Below are positions 25,875-38,165 of a stretch of 64,000 bases of DNA, one piece after another. The position numbers were made by a program, and so were the translations under genes. Position 1 is the stretch's first letter. Each line of letters begins with the position of its first letter. A model generated the notes under the pieces. It was not told the DNA's origin, did no database searches, and saw only the letters and a list, made by a program, of their open reading frames with translations. Origin of the DNA: Octopus vulgaris (lineage: Eukaryota); NCBI GenBank assembly GCA_951406725.2, contig OX597833.1, positions 15,438,001-15,502,000 on the forward strand, read 5' to 3'.

Positions 25875-27232
25875 TTAATTGTTTGTCGTAGACCCGTTAA
25901 GAAGTGGCTTGTATTTTGTAATAAAGAGATTTTCTTTACTTATTCTTTGTCTCGAGGTTGTATCGTCCCTAAATTGGTAGAGGGGGAAAATTCTGAAGTT
26001 TGGTGTTTTTTTGTTGGCGCAAGTATCTATGTGTTGGCTAAAAGCTATTTTTCTGTTTTGGGGAATTTTTATCTGGGATCTGTGCAGGGCCATTCGTTTA
26101 CGCAAACCATTTTTTGTTTGGCCTATGTACTGCTCTTGACACCCGGAGCAGGTTAGTGAGTATATTAGGTTCTCCGAAGCACATGTGAAGTTGCTTTTCA
26201 CTGTAAACCGTTGTCCCTGTTTGAAGGAGAACTCAGAACCCTCGATTAGATAGTCGCATATCCCGCAATTGGGTCTTCCACATTTTTTTACTGTCGGCTT
26301 CTGTGTTGAAGAGTGAATTCGGGCTTGTGTAAGGAGACTTTTCATGGATCTAGGCTGTCTTTTGCTTTTTATGATCGTGTGTGTTTGGAGGATTGTGTTC
26401 ATTCTGTGGTCTTTTTTTAGGAGGGGTATGTTGTGGAGGATGGTGTCGAAGGCTTCGTTATTGAGAGGGTTGTGTGTGGAGATGTATGGTAAGGCTTTTG
26501 GTTGTAAGTTTTTCTTTGATTTGGGATGTCTCAGTTCCTTGATGTTAAGTTGAAGGGCACGTTGAATGCACTTGTCAATAAGTGAAGGTGGATAGTTCCT
26601 GGTGATTAGGGTATCTTTTAGTTCTTGTAGTCGTGTGTCTCTGGTGTTTGCGTTAGAGACTATAGTGCATATCCTTTTTGCTAGATTGAAGGGGATATTC
26701 ATCCTGGTGTGTCTGGGGTGGCATGAATTGAATGGAAGATATTGCTTAGAGTCTGTAGGCTTATAGTATATGTCTGTTTCTATTATATTATTAGCTTTCT
26801 TAATGAGGATATCGAGGAAGGGGAGTTGTTGTTGGCTATATTCCATCGTGAATTGGATGTTTACGTCCAGTCCGTTTAAAATTTTCTGGAATTCTATGAG
26901 TTTTTCTATATTTTTATGCCAAAGGATGAAACAGTCATCTAGATATCTCTTCCAGTTGTTTTCTATGTAGATGGAGAAAGGGCTGCCATATCTTTCTAGA
27001 ACCTTACGATACAGACTGATCTCTAGGTATCCTATGACTAGGTTGGCAAAGGAGGGGGCCATTCGTGTACCCATCGCAGTCCCCGATTTTTGTCGGTAGA
27101 AGTTGTCATTGAAGGCGAAGAAGTTATTTTCCAGGATGAATTTAACCCCTTCTATCACAAATTCTTTTTTGATGCGGTGTGGTAGTTCGTTGGCGTGATT
27201 CTCTAGCCAGAATTGGATTGCCTCTAGTCCTA
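25875..27232 (-). CDS. Penelope-like RT C-terminal part + GIY-YIG endonuclease (5'-truncated, open frame)
   Basis: QKSGTAMGTRMAPSFANL, WKRYLDDCFILW, LPFLDILI, IYYKPTD, a Cys linker KCGRPNCGIC (Neptune-like), and LIYSLTC...YIGQT...LRKRMALH. Confidence 0.88.
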
Positions 27233-28924
27233 TGACCAATTTCACAAGTAAAACTAGCCAATTCTACGGTATACCTAAGATCCACAAAAGTGAAAAAATA
27301 AGCAACGCATGCAAGATAGCTACAGACAAAATAATTAAAGTCCCTAATCCTAATGACCTCAAATTGAGACCCATAATAGCAGGTCCCGCATGCGAAACCC
27401 ACCGCCTCAGTAACTTTTTAGACACCCTGTTAAAACCACTCCTCAAACATGTCAAAAGCTATATAAGGGACGACTTAGATATGCTCAATCACCTACCGAA
27501 TACTATAAACAAAAACACCATACTGGTATCCAGTAGTCAACCTCTACTCCAATATCCCCCACAACCTAGGACTAGAGGCAATCCAATTCTGGCTAGAGAA
27601 TCACGCCAACGAACTACCACACCGCATCAAAAAAGAATTTGTGATAGAAGGGGTTAAATTCATCCTGGAAAATAACTTCTTCGCCTTCAATGACAACTTC
27701 TACCGACAAAAATCGGGGACTGCGATGGGTACACGAATGGCCCCCTCCTTTGCCAACCTAGTCATAGGATACCTAGAGATCAGTCTGTATCGTAAGGTTC
27801 TAGAAAGATATGGCAGCCCTTTCTCCATCTACATAGAAAACAACTGGAAGAGATATCTAGATGACTGTTTCATCCTTTGGCATAAAAATATAGAAAAACT
27901 CATAGAATTCCAGAAAATTTTAAACGGACTGGACGTAAACATCCAATTCACGATGGAATATAGCCAACAACAACTCCCCTTCCTCGATATCCTCATTAAG
28001 AAAGCTAATAATATAATAGAAACAGACATATACTATAAGCCTACAGACTCTAAGCAATATCTTCCATTCAATTCATGCCACCCCAGACACACCAGGATGA
28101 ATATCCCCTTCAATCTAGCAAAAAGGATATGCACTATAGTCTCTAACGCAAACACCAGAGACACACGACTACAAGAACTAAAAGATACCCTAATCACCAG
28201 GAACTATCCACCTTCACTTATTGACAAGTGCATTCAACGTGCCCTTCAACTTAACATCAAGGAACTGAGACATCCCAAATCAAAGAAAAACTTACAACCA
28301 AAAGCCTTACCATACATCTCCACACACAACCCTCTCAATAACGAAGCCTTCGACACCATCCTCCACAACATACCCCTCCTAAAAAAAGACCACAGAATGA
28401 ACACAATCCTCCAAACACACACGATCATAAAAAGCAAAAGACAGCCTAGATCCATGAAAAGTCTCCTTACACAAGCCCGAATTCACTCTTCAACACAGAA
28501 GCCGACAGTAAAAAAATGTGGAAGACCCAATTGCGGGATATGCGACTATCTAATCGAGGGTTCTGAGTTCTCCTTCAAACAGGGACAACGGTTTACAGTG
28601 AAAAGCAACTTCACATGTGCTTCGGAGAACCTAATATACTCACTAACCTGCTCCGGGTGTCAAGAGCAGTACATAGGCCAAACAAAAAATGGTTTGCGTA
28701 AACGAATGGCCCTGCACAGATCCCAGATAAAAATTCCCCAAAACAGAAAAATAGCTTTTAGCCAACACATAGATACTTGCGCCAACAAAAAAACACCAAA
28801 CTTCAGAATTTTCCCCCTCTACCAATTTAGGGACGATACAACCTCGAGACAAAGAATAAGTAAAGAAAATCTCTTTATTACAAAATACAAGCCACTTCTT
28901 AACGGGTCTACGACAAACAATTAA
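27232..28924 (+). pseudogene. Penelope-like RT-GIY-YIG ORF with a frameshifting deletion at ~27532
   Basis: FYGIPKIHK, LRPIIAG, then ILVS/VVNLYSNIP with the expected (F)D of RT motif A missing. Downstream protein is identical to the left arm. Confidence 0.88.
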
Positions 28925-29608
28925 TATACCTCAACTTTAGAATAAAAGAAAAAAATATATATACACACACAAATACTACACTCCATAGAATCCATTACTA
29001 ACCAGCCCCTTCATAGCTATATTTACACCCATTCATATTCTCCCTTCTCTGTTTTTTTCTTCTTCTTCTGCTTCATCATCATCGTTATCATCATCATCGG
29101 CGTCATCATCATCGCCACCATCATCACCACCATCTTCTCCTTCTCCTCCTTCTTCTTCTTCTTCTTCTTCTTCATCATCATCGTTATCATCATCATCGTC
29201 GTCATAATCATCACCACCATCACCATCATCTTCTCCTTCTCCTTCTTCTTCTTCTTCTTCTCCACCCCCTACCCCTTAAGTTTGTCACTAATGTTTTTTA
29301 GTATAACACCTACGCTAATTCTATAAACAAGCCTGTCGATATAAATATTCTCCTGAATTGAACTGAGACTGCCAGCCGCCACTGACCATTCAAAATACGA
29401 CCATCAGGGCACTCCCAGATTCTCCCACCCCCTTTCCTCACCAGCCTTCCCTCTACTACCCTACCAAGAACTCACAACTACCTCGAACACACAAGTGCAA
29501 ACAAGGGAGTCAGAGAAAGGCAGAATGCCACTTAAATCTGAACACTACTATAGAAATATTGTTTTAAAAAAACTTTTCTTCTAATTTTTCTAAATTTAAT
29601 TATTTAAT

Positions 29609-29656
29609 CGTTACAGTTGAAAAGGTCTCAAAATGACCGAAACCGGTACTGAAATG
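29609..29656 (+). ncRNA. Minimal type I hammerhead motif (U3-A8 core variant), right Penelope arm
   Basis: CGTTACAG TTGAAAA GGTC-TCAAAAT-GACC GAAA CCGG TA | CTGAAATG: stem I CAG/CTG (extendable), a 4-bp stem II, a palindromic ACCGGT stem III and a GUA triplet. Confidence 0.72.
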
Positions 29657-29968
29657 TTCACTATAAAATTATTTTAGCATTTTCTATTTTTTACTTGTTT
29701 TTTCATATATATCAACTCGTGTGTTCCTTTTCACCCTTATACATATATATATATATATATACATACATATACATATATATATATTATATTTATAATAATA
29801 ATAACATTAGAGAGTATGTAGTCTTTTTACTTATATATTGTTTATTCAGGTTTTGTACTTTTTGTTATCTAGTTATATGTTTTATAATATATTTTATATT
29901 TTTTATATGGTATGATTTACGTCTATCATTGCTTGAATTACATAATAGTGGTTTTTCTCTATATATAT

Positions 29969-30059
<91 letters not shown>

Positions 30060-31179
30060 TTGTTTGTGTACGCATGCGTATTAGTATGGATATTCTGTTT
30101 ACGCTTAAGACTGGTTTTAGATATTTCTTTCCCGTTGGGATAGCATTGTTCTGCTCTGAGTCGATGAGAAATTATTTGAAAACCGTATTAATTTATTTCA
30201 TTGTTTCCAATTTCGCCTCCAAAGATTTACTTACGAAACACTACGATACAATGAAGCAATACTGCGTTTAAGACCGTTGGAGATATAACACAGACTGATA
30301 GAAATTCTCTCTCATGCAAACATATTCACACATATATACTAACACATGCATACACACACATACACGCAATCACGCACAAATAATATATCTTAAATTAAAT
30401 GTACTTGGTGTCCATTTACAATTCCTCTGGTTTGCGTCATTTATGCAAAAGCCGACTCTACATTGCATGTGCCACAATCGAACGGACAGACATAATGTTT
30501 ATATATTTAGGTGAGATAAATTGTATATTACTTTATTTCATTTCAAGAAATTTGTCATTATAGACAGTACAAAGAATGGGTGGCTTTGCGGGCTGGACAA
30601 ATCCATTAAAGAAGGAAAATGAAATAGAATGAATAAATGAGAGACGAAACCCAACACCCGCCGATTGGATTTTTCTCGAAAACATTTTCTTTTTTTTAAA
30701 TCGATGAGATTTCAAACCTCTTACAAGGAGGCACTAAAGCCTCTTACGTAACATGTTATTTTAAACACACAATTGAGGTTATAAACCACGACAAATAATA
30801 CAATAAGATAATATTTCAAACCCTCTAACGAGACTTTTTCACCTCCTACTCATCGCTATATCCATCGATATATTCATCATTATCTTCAATGCTGCTTGAG
30901 TTCCTGTATCCCACCATTCCCCATGCCTCACTCATGTAGGACATGTAAGTCGTGTAAGGGCCACTCGACCATATGCGACATTCCTCCCCAAACCCTTTAA
31001 GCCTTTCCCACAAGGGAAACCTTATGACCTCTAAAATTGTATATTACTTACTAATCTTTTTATATTATCCTTTTGTTTATAAGATCAACAATGCTTTTTA
31101 TTTCCCAAATAATTATTGTATTTTACTATCACTTAGTGCAAGACCTTAAAAAATATAAGAACTGTCAAATTAAAAGATA

Positions 31180-31880
31180 TTGCAGCCGTTTTCGGCCATA
31201 TCTTCGACTGTTGGATTGCCACAATATAGAGATCTATTCGGTTGTCAGGGTAAATGGCCATTATCACAACATTTCTGCGATATGCACTCTCTCTCGGTCG
31301 TAGTAGCCGCTTCTGATACGTTTGCACTCACTGCTGAGTCACTACTAGCGAAACGATAAAAGCACGCGAGCACTAGGATGTGACAGAAGCTGGTTGATGT
31401 ATGCAGGTGACTTCACCGTCGCCGAGTCTGATAGAAGGCATATCGAGATGATCGGCCCTGCATCAAGGATCTACTAATCGTTGACAAATGCAAAAATCAA
31501 CTAAGAAAAGAGAGTTAACGGAGATATAACTTTGTCATTCATCACCTGTTAAACTGCGTAGGATGGTGTTTGGTTCATATCTCCAAATGGAGAAGGACTT
31601 GGACGAGTAGGCGAGCAGGATGGCTAATCTCATCAGAGATGGGCTGAGAGAAATCCATCCCTGAAAGGTCAGGTAAGGGTGATGAATGTTTACATCTCCT
31701 CCAACTTATGCTATCACCTGATCATCGTGTATTGATGAACACATCTCTTAAGATCAGAACCCCGGTTCTCCCCGCCTTGTCTGAACATTTTGATGGAGCG
31801 GACGCCCCATTGTTTGTCAACACCCACAAAGCAAGTGGAATAATGAGCATGCTGTATCCATATGATGAACAAACGTGTTG
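31180..31880 (+). mobile_element. L1/Tx1-type LINE RT relic
   Basis: Frameshifted peptides AVFGHIFDCWIATI, SVVRVNGH, MYAGDFTV (YADD-like), VFGSYLQMEKDLDE and WAERNPSLKGQVRVMNVYISS. Confidence 0.65.
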
Positions 31881-32569
31881 AGGCTCTGATATCTACTTCC
31901 ATTTGAAATCATAATGTCTTAACTTCGAGCAAAACAACATACATTTTTATTTTTATATGGTATTCATTCAACATCTCGAATGATCCAGTCTGTTTTACTT
32001 AGGTTTATTGAAGAATATATCACATTAACTTTTCACTTCCATAAATATTTTCTTTTATCTTAACCACTGGGCCTTAAAAATTGTAATTTGCAGAAATTTC
32101 TTTTATATTTCGATGAATCATCATTTCTTCACTCAGATCCATTTAATAACGTTTTATTTCACAGATTTATTTAATATTTCCTTTCATGTTCTAAAATAAA
32201 TTAATCCCAAGCAAATAGAAATTCTTGCCATTACATGTATTTGTGTAATATATTTTATTGAACTTCATCTGATATATCTTTCATTGCACTTTACTTATAA
32301 TGATTACATGTCTAACACTCCGCTGTGAGATAGGGAGACACACTTAAGGGACCTTGTAAGAAGTTGCATTTATCGGATCAAGGCAGAATTGTAAATTGAA
32401 CAGTTGATATCTTCCAGTATTGACAGGAATTATATGTATTTGTGATTCTATATTTTTGAACATGAAAGGAAATTTTTAATACATCTGTGATTGAAAAGAA
32501 AAATTACTAAAATGGATTTGAATGAAAAAAATATTTAATGGAACCATAAAGAACATTTCTGTGAATTTC

Positions 32570-33151
32570 CATTTCTAAGGCTCAGCGTTTAAAATTGATA
32601 GACAGATAGCAGTACACGGTTCATACTTACCACTACGAGAGGTGCTAATTTCCTGAGTTTCAGGGTACCGCGAAAGGGTAGAGCAGTTAACTTTACAGTA
32701 GACGTAGGATAAATATTTCGAAGATATGCAAAAAAGCCATGATCTGACGTATGATGGCAACTCCTAGACTGGATGGTATGATGGTATCTCCTACGGAAAA
32801 TACGCGACTTTCACTTCGAATTAGTAGACCACCTACCATACTGTCCTGAATTGGGCCCCTGCGACCATCACTTCTTTCCACAACTGAAGGAGCTTCTCAA
32901 GTAAACGAAATTTCACTCAAGTCAGGAAGTAAGGGATTGCTGCTACACTGGCCTGGCTGGAGGCCCAACATTCCGAAAGTCTTTTACTGACTTCAAAACA
33001 TTTAAAAGTCTTTTATTGACTTTAAAAAACTGAAAGACCACTGATATAAGTGTGTGAATCTGAGACAGGAACATGCTAAATAAAATCATAATTAATTGAT
33101 CCTCCTGTATTTTATGTTACGCAAAGCCAGGAACTTTTCAGCACACCCGCG
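32570..33151 (+). mobile_element. mariner relic (3' part with right TIR)
   Basis: RPPTILS*IGPCDHHFFPQLKELL (degenerate HPPYSPDLAPSDY). TIR-like end CAGGAACTTTTCAGCACACCCGCG followed by TA. Confidence 0.65.
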
Positions 33152-33380
33152 TATATTTTTATTGACCAGTTACATAAAGAGATGGTGAAATATGCTGATG
33201 ATAACTACATACTAATTGTATTTTGCTTCTCAGGGTAGACCTGTAATTTGATCAGTGATGTCTGCTCAGCTACTTAAGCAATTAACTAATCGATCCGTTC
33301 ATTAATCATACGGTTAATCAATCAATCAGTTAGGCTAATCAAAGTCCTTTGGTGGCCATTCACGACTTTATCAATAGCAT

Positions 33381-33382
<2 letters not shown>

Positions 33383-33439
<57 letters not shown>
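33383..33439. repeat. (CT)n microsatellite
   Basis: Read directly from the sequence. Confidence 0.95.
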
Positions 33440-33441
<2 letters not shown>

Positions 33442-33609
33442 TCCGGATTAGCTTGAGATCTATCTCTGTAAGTTTCTTAGTTTGTTGGCATTTGCATTAC
33501 ATTGACGTACGGATGTGAGCGAGAATGTATGTGAAAGGGGTGGGTCAGATACATAAGCAGCAAAAATCCTGTGTGCGTGTGTCTGCTCGTCAATGCTGGT
33601 GTGATCACG

Positions 33610-33985
33610 AGTGTGTGTGTGTGTATGTGTATGTGTGTATATGTGTGTATGTGTGTGTGTATGTGTGTGTGTATGTATGTATGTGTGCGTGGATCCACGT
33701 TTTGGTGATTTCGTAAATTTTGTGCGTTAGCGAGACCATGTAATTTTCTGTGAATATCTGTGTGCGTGCGTCATGTATGTATGTATGTATGGGTGGGTGC
33801 GTATGTGTGTGCGCGCGTGCGTGTGTGTGCGTGCGTGTATATATGTGTGTGTGCGTGCGTGTATATGTGTGTGTGTGCGTGCGTGTATATGTGTGTGTGT
33901 GTGCGTGCGTGTATATGTGTGTGTGTGTGTGCGTGCGTGTATATGTGTGTGTGTGCGTGCGTGTATATGTGTGTGCGTGCGTGTT
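33610..33985. repeat. Compound (GT)/(GCGT)/(GTAT) microsatellite
   Basis: Read directly from the sequence. Confidence 0.9.
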
Positions 33986-34250
33986 TTTCTAGCTGAGTGT
34001 ATATGTATATGTTTGTTTGAGCGCTGGTTGGCGTACATGTATTTTGAGAGAAGTGTGAATAGTAAAGTGTTTAATTCTTCTTATCCTCTATGTATTTATC
34101 ATTTTTTCTAGTTATCTTCCATCTCCCAGTACTGCATTTTTGATGAGCCAAAGAAAGTAACGTCGTCGCACCTAACACATAACACAAGAAAGAAAGACTA
34201 AATAAAATAGAAAAAAAATCACTAGTCCAATTTTCAACGATTGAATTCTG

Positions 34251-34658
34251 GGATCTTTTCGGTTTGAACGGCAGTTTTTTAAAATAATTTTCACGTAACT
34301 AAACACTTTTAAACTTCGCATACTGGTAGAATGTGTTTATAAAACATCTTTTTCTCTTGGCTTTATTGAGAAAATTCTATAGTTTGTAACATATTTGTTG
34401 TTTTCTTTCTTCAATTTCTGCAATTTTAACCAATCAATGACGTCTATTGGGGTAAAAAATACATTCTGTGCCGTATGAATATGTCTCGTTTAAGAAACAG
34501 ATTGAGTTTATTTACATTTGTGAAGAAAAAAAAAAGATACCCTTCCCCTCACCCTAAAACGGATTGAAATGCAATAGATCGATATTAGGGTCATAATTAT
34601 TGGTGACAATTTCATATGACACCGCTTAGAAAAACTGCTGTTCAAACCGAAAAGATCC
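34251..34658. mobile_element. MITE with 29-bp TIR and 8-bp TSD (Merlin-like), copy 1
   Basis: GGATCTTTTCGGTTTGAACGGCAGTTTTT...AAAAACTGCTGTTCAAACCGAAAAGATCC. Flanks GAATTCTG and GACTTCTG. Confidence 0.88.
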
Positions 34659-35076
34659 GACTTCTGAGTCTACTCAGCCAAGAATCAACTATTGCTAGAC
34701 AACGAGAAGGACAACAATAAATTTTCGTTTCGTGCTATCATGGTGTCCCTCTATACAATAACAATATCTGCTTTTATATTAGAAGGAGGGTAAACAGGAT
34801 TCCAGGCAGAAAACGTTTGTGGTGTGTGCTTACGATATCTTTCATCGTTTGAAAGTTTCAGTCATTAGACTGCGACCACGCTGGGGCAGCCCTTCAAGAA
34901 ATTCTAGTCGAAAGATTCGACATCAGCACTTTTCTTTAAATCTAGCACACATCCTACCGGTCTCTTTTACTGAACCGCTAACGTAATGAGAACGGAAGCA
35001 AACAACACCATTGGTCAAGCGGTGGTGGAGGACAACTACAAAGGCACAGAAACCACGCACACACACACACACCCAC

Positions 35077-35134
<58 letters not shown>

Positions 35135-35202
35135 ATGGTAATGCAATACGAGAGTATTGCTTTGCAGTAAAGGATAGCCCGTGAGGGTAAATTTATACAT
35201 AA

Positions 35203-35250
35203 AAGTAAATAAATGGCACAACGGTACTTCGTTGTGCCATTTATTTACTT
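35203..35250. repeat. Perfect 21-bp hairpin with a 6-nt loop next to (TA)n
   Basis: AAGTAAATAAATGGCACAACG gtactt CGTTGTGCCATTTATTTACTT. Confidence 0.85.
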
Positions 35251-35265
35251 ATATATATATATATA

Positions 35266-35542
35266 TTGTTATATTTCGGAATGGTCATTTTGCCAGTTTA
35301 GCCAATAAAAACACACGCACTATATATTTGGTGTTACTTTGCTTCAATGTTATTTATTTTTTACATTAATCTTAATTTTATTTCGGCCAGAGTTCTTTCG
35401 TCACACTCCTGTGACCGCATCAGTGGTCCTTTGTTTTCTTCTTTCTTATTTGTGTCTCTCCTTACTAACCGTCAGCCATTTTGTATTTCTATTGTATTAT
35501 TGGCTAAACTGGCAAAATGACCATTCCGAAATATAAAAATAT
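35266..35542 (-). mobile_element. Short element with ~45-bp inverted termini and an internal hammerhead-like motif
   Basis: TATATTTCGGAATGGTCATTTTGCCAGTTTAGCCAATAA and its reverse complement at 35497-35536. A third copy of the terminus is at 62701-62740. Confidence 0.7.
35385..35429 (-). ncRNA. Hammerhead-like motif with a non-canonical core
   Basis: GGACCA CTGATGCG GTCACA-GGAG-TGTGAC GAAA GAAC TC | TGGCC. Confidence 0.55.
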
Positions 35543-35595
35543 CTGTTTCAACACACGACTTCACATAAAAAATCTTGCACAACAAATATATAAAC

Positions 35596-35642
<47 letters not shown>

Positions 35643-35756
35643 GATGTAGATCCATCGACAATTGTGTAATTACCGTGGATGATGGCTGGTAGCCTTAAGC
35701 AGTGAACGTGCTTTATCGGTGTGACACTAGCAACATACACAGCACTTAAGTATTAA

Positions 35757-35792
<36 letters not shown>

Positions 35793-35794
<2 letters not shown>

Positions 35795-36031
35795 GCGCCC
35801 TTTTCAAGCCTAGCCAGGCTCAGGGGCCAGTCCATCGCAGCGTTACTCAAGAAACAGGAAGAAAGAGTGAGAGAAAATTGGAGCGAAAGAGTACAGCAGG
35901 GATCGGCACCACCCACCACCGGAGGCTCGTGGAGATTTAGGTGTTTTTCTTTCAATAAACACACACAACGCCCGGTCTGGGATTCGAAACCGCGAGACCG
36001 CCAACATAACAACTTGGCCATAGCGCCTCCA
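35793..36031 (-). mobile_element. SINE with family C head/body and family B tail
   Basis: C-type GTTTATTGA..GAAAAACACCTAAA body joined to GAGTAACGCTGCGATGGACTGG...GCCTGGCTAGGCTTGAAAAGGGCGCAT. Confidence 0.75.
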
Positions 36032-37279
36032 CATATATATATGTATACACACACACATATGTGCGCGTGTGAGTGAATTTGTGTGCGAGTGCATGTGCGT
36101 GTATGTTTCTGCGCGCGTGTACGTTCTTGTGACTTTGAATTTCACAGGAATATGCAAGAGATTTTGTACGAAGCAGTCATAATTGGAGAATTGATCTTTT
36201 TAATCCCTATCTTTGATTTCAGCAAAACATTTGTTTCACCTCAACGGCCTTTGAGATCCATCTATAGTTTCTAGAGAACCAGGGTAGCAAGATAGATATG
36301 CAGATGGTTAAAGGGTCGGGAGATATTTGGGGAATGGCGGACACTATTTGTGTTTATCAAATTTTACTCACAAAACACGGATGCTTAGTTTCAGTTCATT
36401 ATTCATCGGCATTGGGCTGCGCTGCAATATTAAAGCTGGAATCTCGGTAGTAGCAATTCCAACATTTTAACCGAATAACTGTGGAAGCATTTATATGAAG
36501 AATTTTTTCAGATGAGAGCACTTTGTACATGATATTTGTATAGAAAAGCTCAATCATGGCATTTGGTGTGTTTATTCTGTCAATGAAATTACTTATTGTT
36601 CTCATAATTTTAAAAGAAAAGGATAATATCCAGCTTCTAATAGAAGCACGTGGAGCGAATTGACAGGTATTACGTCATTACAAAGTTTAAGCTCCATAAC
36701 AACGGGAGCATATTTTATTGCATTTAAATATTATGGAATAGTAAAGATGCGTGTTTATATCAAAATAATACGTTTTAAAATAAATAAGTCCTAGCATACA
36801 AATTTGAAAGATTATTCCTTAAGTGTTTCCAAAAAATTTCAGCATCAATGAAAAGTTCAACAGATATAAGTTTTTAAGACTTCATAGAAAAAAGAAATCT
36901 ATATATATTCAGAATTAAGGTGGTGAATTACAAAATAACGTTGGTAGCCTAGAAGTAATTTATTGCTCACAGCCCAGCGTCCTTTTTAAAATGATAGATG
37001 ATGGGAGAGAAATTTCGCTGCTGTTTCTAGCAGATGTAATGCCTGTATAGATGCATTTACTTTGAAATGGTATTTTTCAGGGAACTCATCTATAACGGCT
37101 GTGTATCGATTAACTCATGAAGAGTTGCTTGTGAATGTTAAACTGTTAGATATTGAGCTGAAAAAGATGGTCACTGATCGAGACTGATGAACAGCATCAA
37201 ACAAACAAGTTAACAAAAATTACAAATTTGTAAAAAAAATACCCTCCTTCTGAAATAGGTCTTTATGACGTTTTATGTG

Positions 37280-37580
37280 AAGGCGTGTGGCTTAGAGTTT
37301 AGGGGTTTTTGGTTCTTGATGTTAAGGTTGTGAATTTGATCCACTGCAGTACGTTGTGTCTTTGTACAGGACAATTTATTTCCAGTTGCTCCAGTGCACT
37401 TATATATGAAGGTGTAAGGGCCAGCCTTATCTCACTCCTTAGCAAGCTAAAGCTCCCTGAGAACTACGTTAAGGGCACGCGTGTCAGAGGAATGCTCAAA
37501 TACTTGCAAGTTAATTTCACGTGCAGACTGTTCCGTTGATTGGATCGACTGGAAAACACGTCATTGTAAGCGACAGAATG
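37280..37580 (+). mobile_element. Degenerate SINE (B-like head, C-type tail)
   Basis: GGCGTGTGGCTTAG head and GAGAACTACGTTAAGGGCACGCGTGTC tail. Confidence 0.55.
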
Positions 37581-37959
37581 CTAGTTTTTTTTTCCTTCTT
37601 TTATTTCACATTCTTATTTTTCATGTTTCAAACAAATTAAACGATCTCAAGTTCGCTACACTTCACTCTTCCCAAGACGTGTAAACTTATTCACATCTGC
37701 GAAAATTATCATAACATTTCCTTTGTAAGACTAATACATATCGCATTATTTCAGATTACTATCGTATGTATAATTACTATTCTTACCTTTGTTCAACCTA
37801 GACTACCAGTTTTGGCCCCCATTACTGTAATCCGTTTTAGTGTACATTAGCACATTAACTGAATCTATGGGGAGATCACAAGCAAAAAACAATGAAAATC
37901 AACGGACAGGACTTCGTAGTAAATTTATCGTTCTTAGTTAAAACGTAGTAAATATTGAT

Positions 37960-38165
37960 TTCAAATTTTCGTACAAGGCCAACAATTTTGGGGGAATGAG
38001 TAAGTTGATTACATCGACCTCAGAGTTTATCTGGTACATATATTTATCGACCCCAAAAGGAGTAAAATGCAAAGGCGACCGCCTCGGAATTTGAATTCAG
38101 AACCTAAAGACGGACGAAATGCCGCTAAACATTTTGACCGGCATGATAACGATTCTGCCAGCTCG
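37960..38165 (-). mobile_element. SINE family D, degenerate
   Basis: ATTTGAATTCAGAAC...AACGATTCTGCCAGCTCGC is the reverse complement of the family D head. Confidence 0.65.

Larger units (their letters stand above)
25054..27232 (-). mobile_element. Penelope-like retroelement, 5'-truncated, left arm of the palindrome
   Basis: Reverse complement of 27567-29704. The 3' end abuts (TA)n. Confidence 0.92.
27232..29740 (+). mobile_element. Penelope-like retroelement, 5'-truncated, right (longer) arm
   Basis: RT + GIY-YIG, a 3' UTR with (CTT)/(CAT) repeats, a hammerhead motif, and a 3' end running into (TA)n. Confidence 0.92.

Noticed and set aside
31177-31272. Hammerhead-like pattern on the minus strand (TGATAA TGGCC...GGCC GAAA)
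   Set aside because: The core and cleavage site are defective, and the plus strand is explained as L1/Tx1 RT coding sequence.
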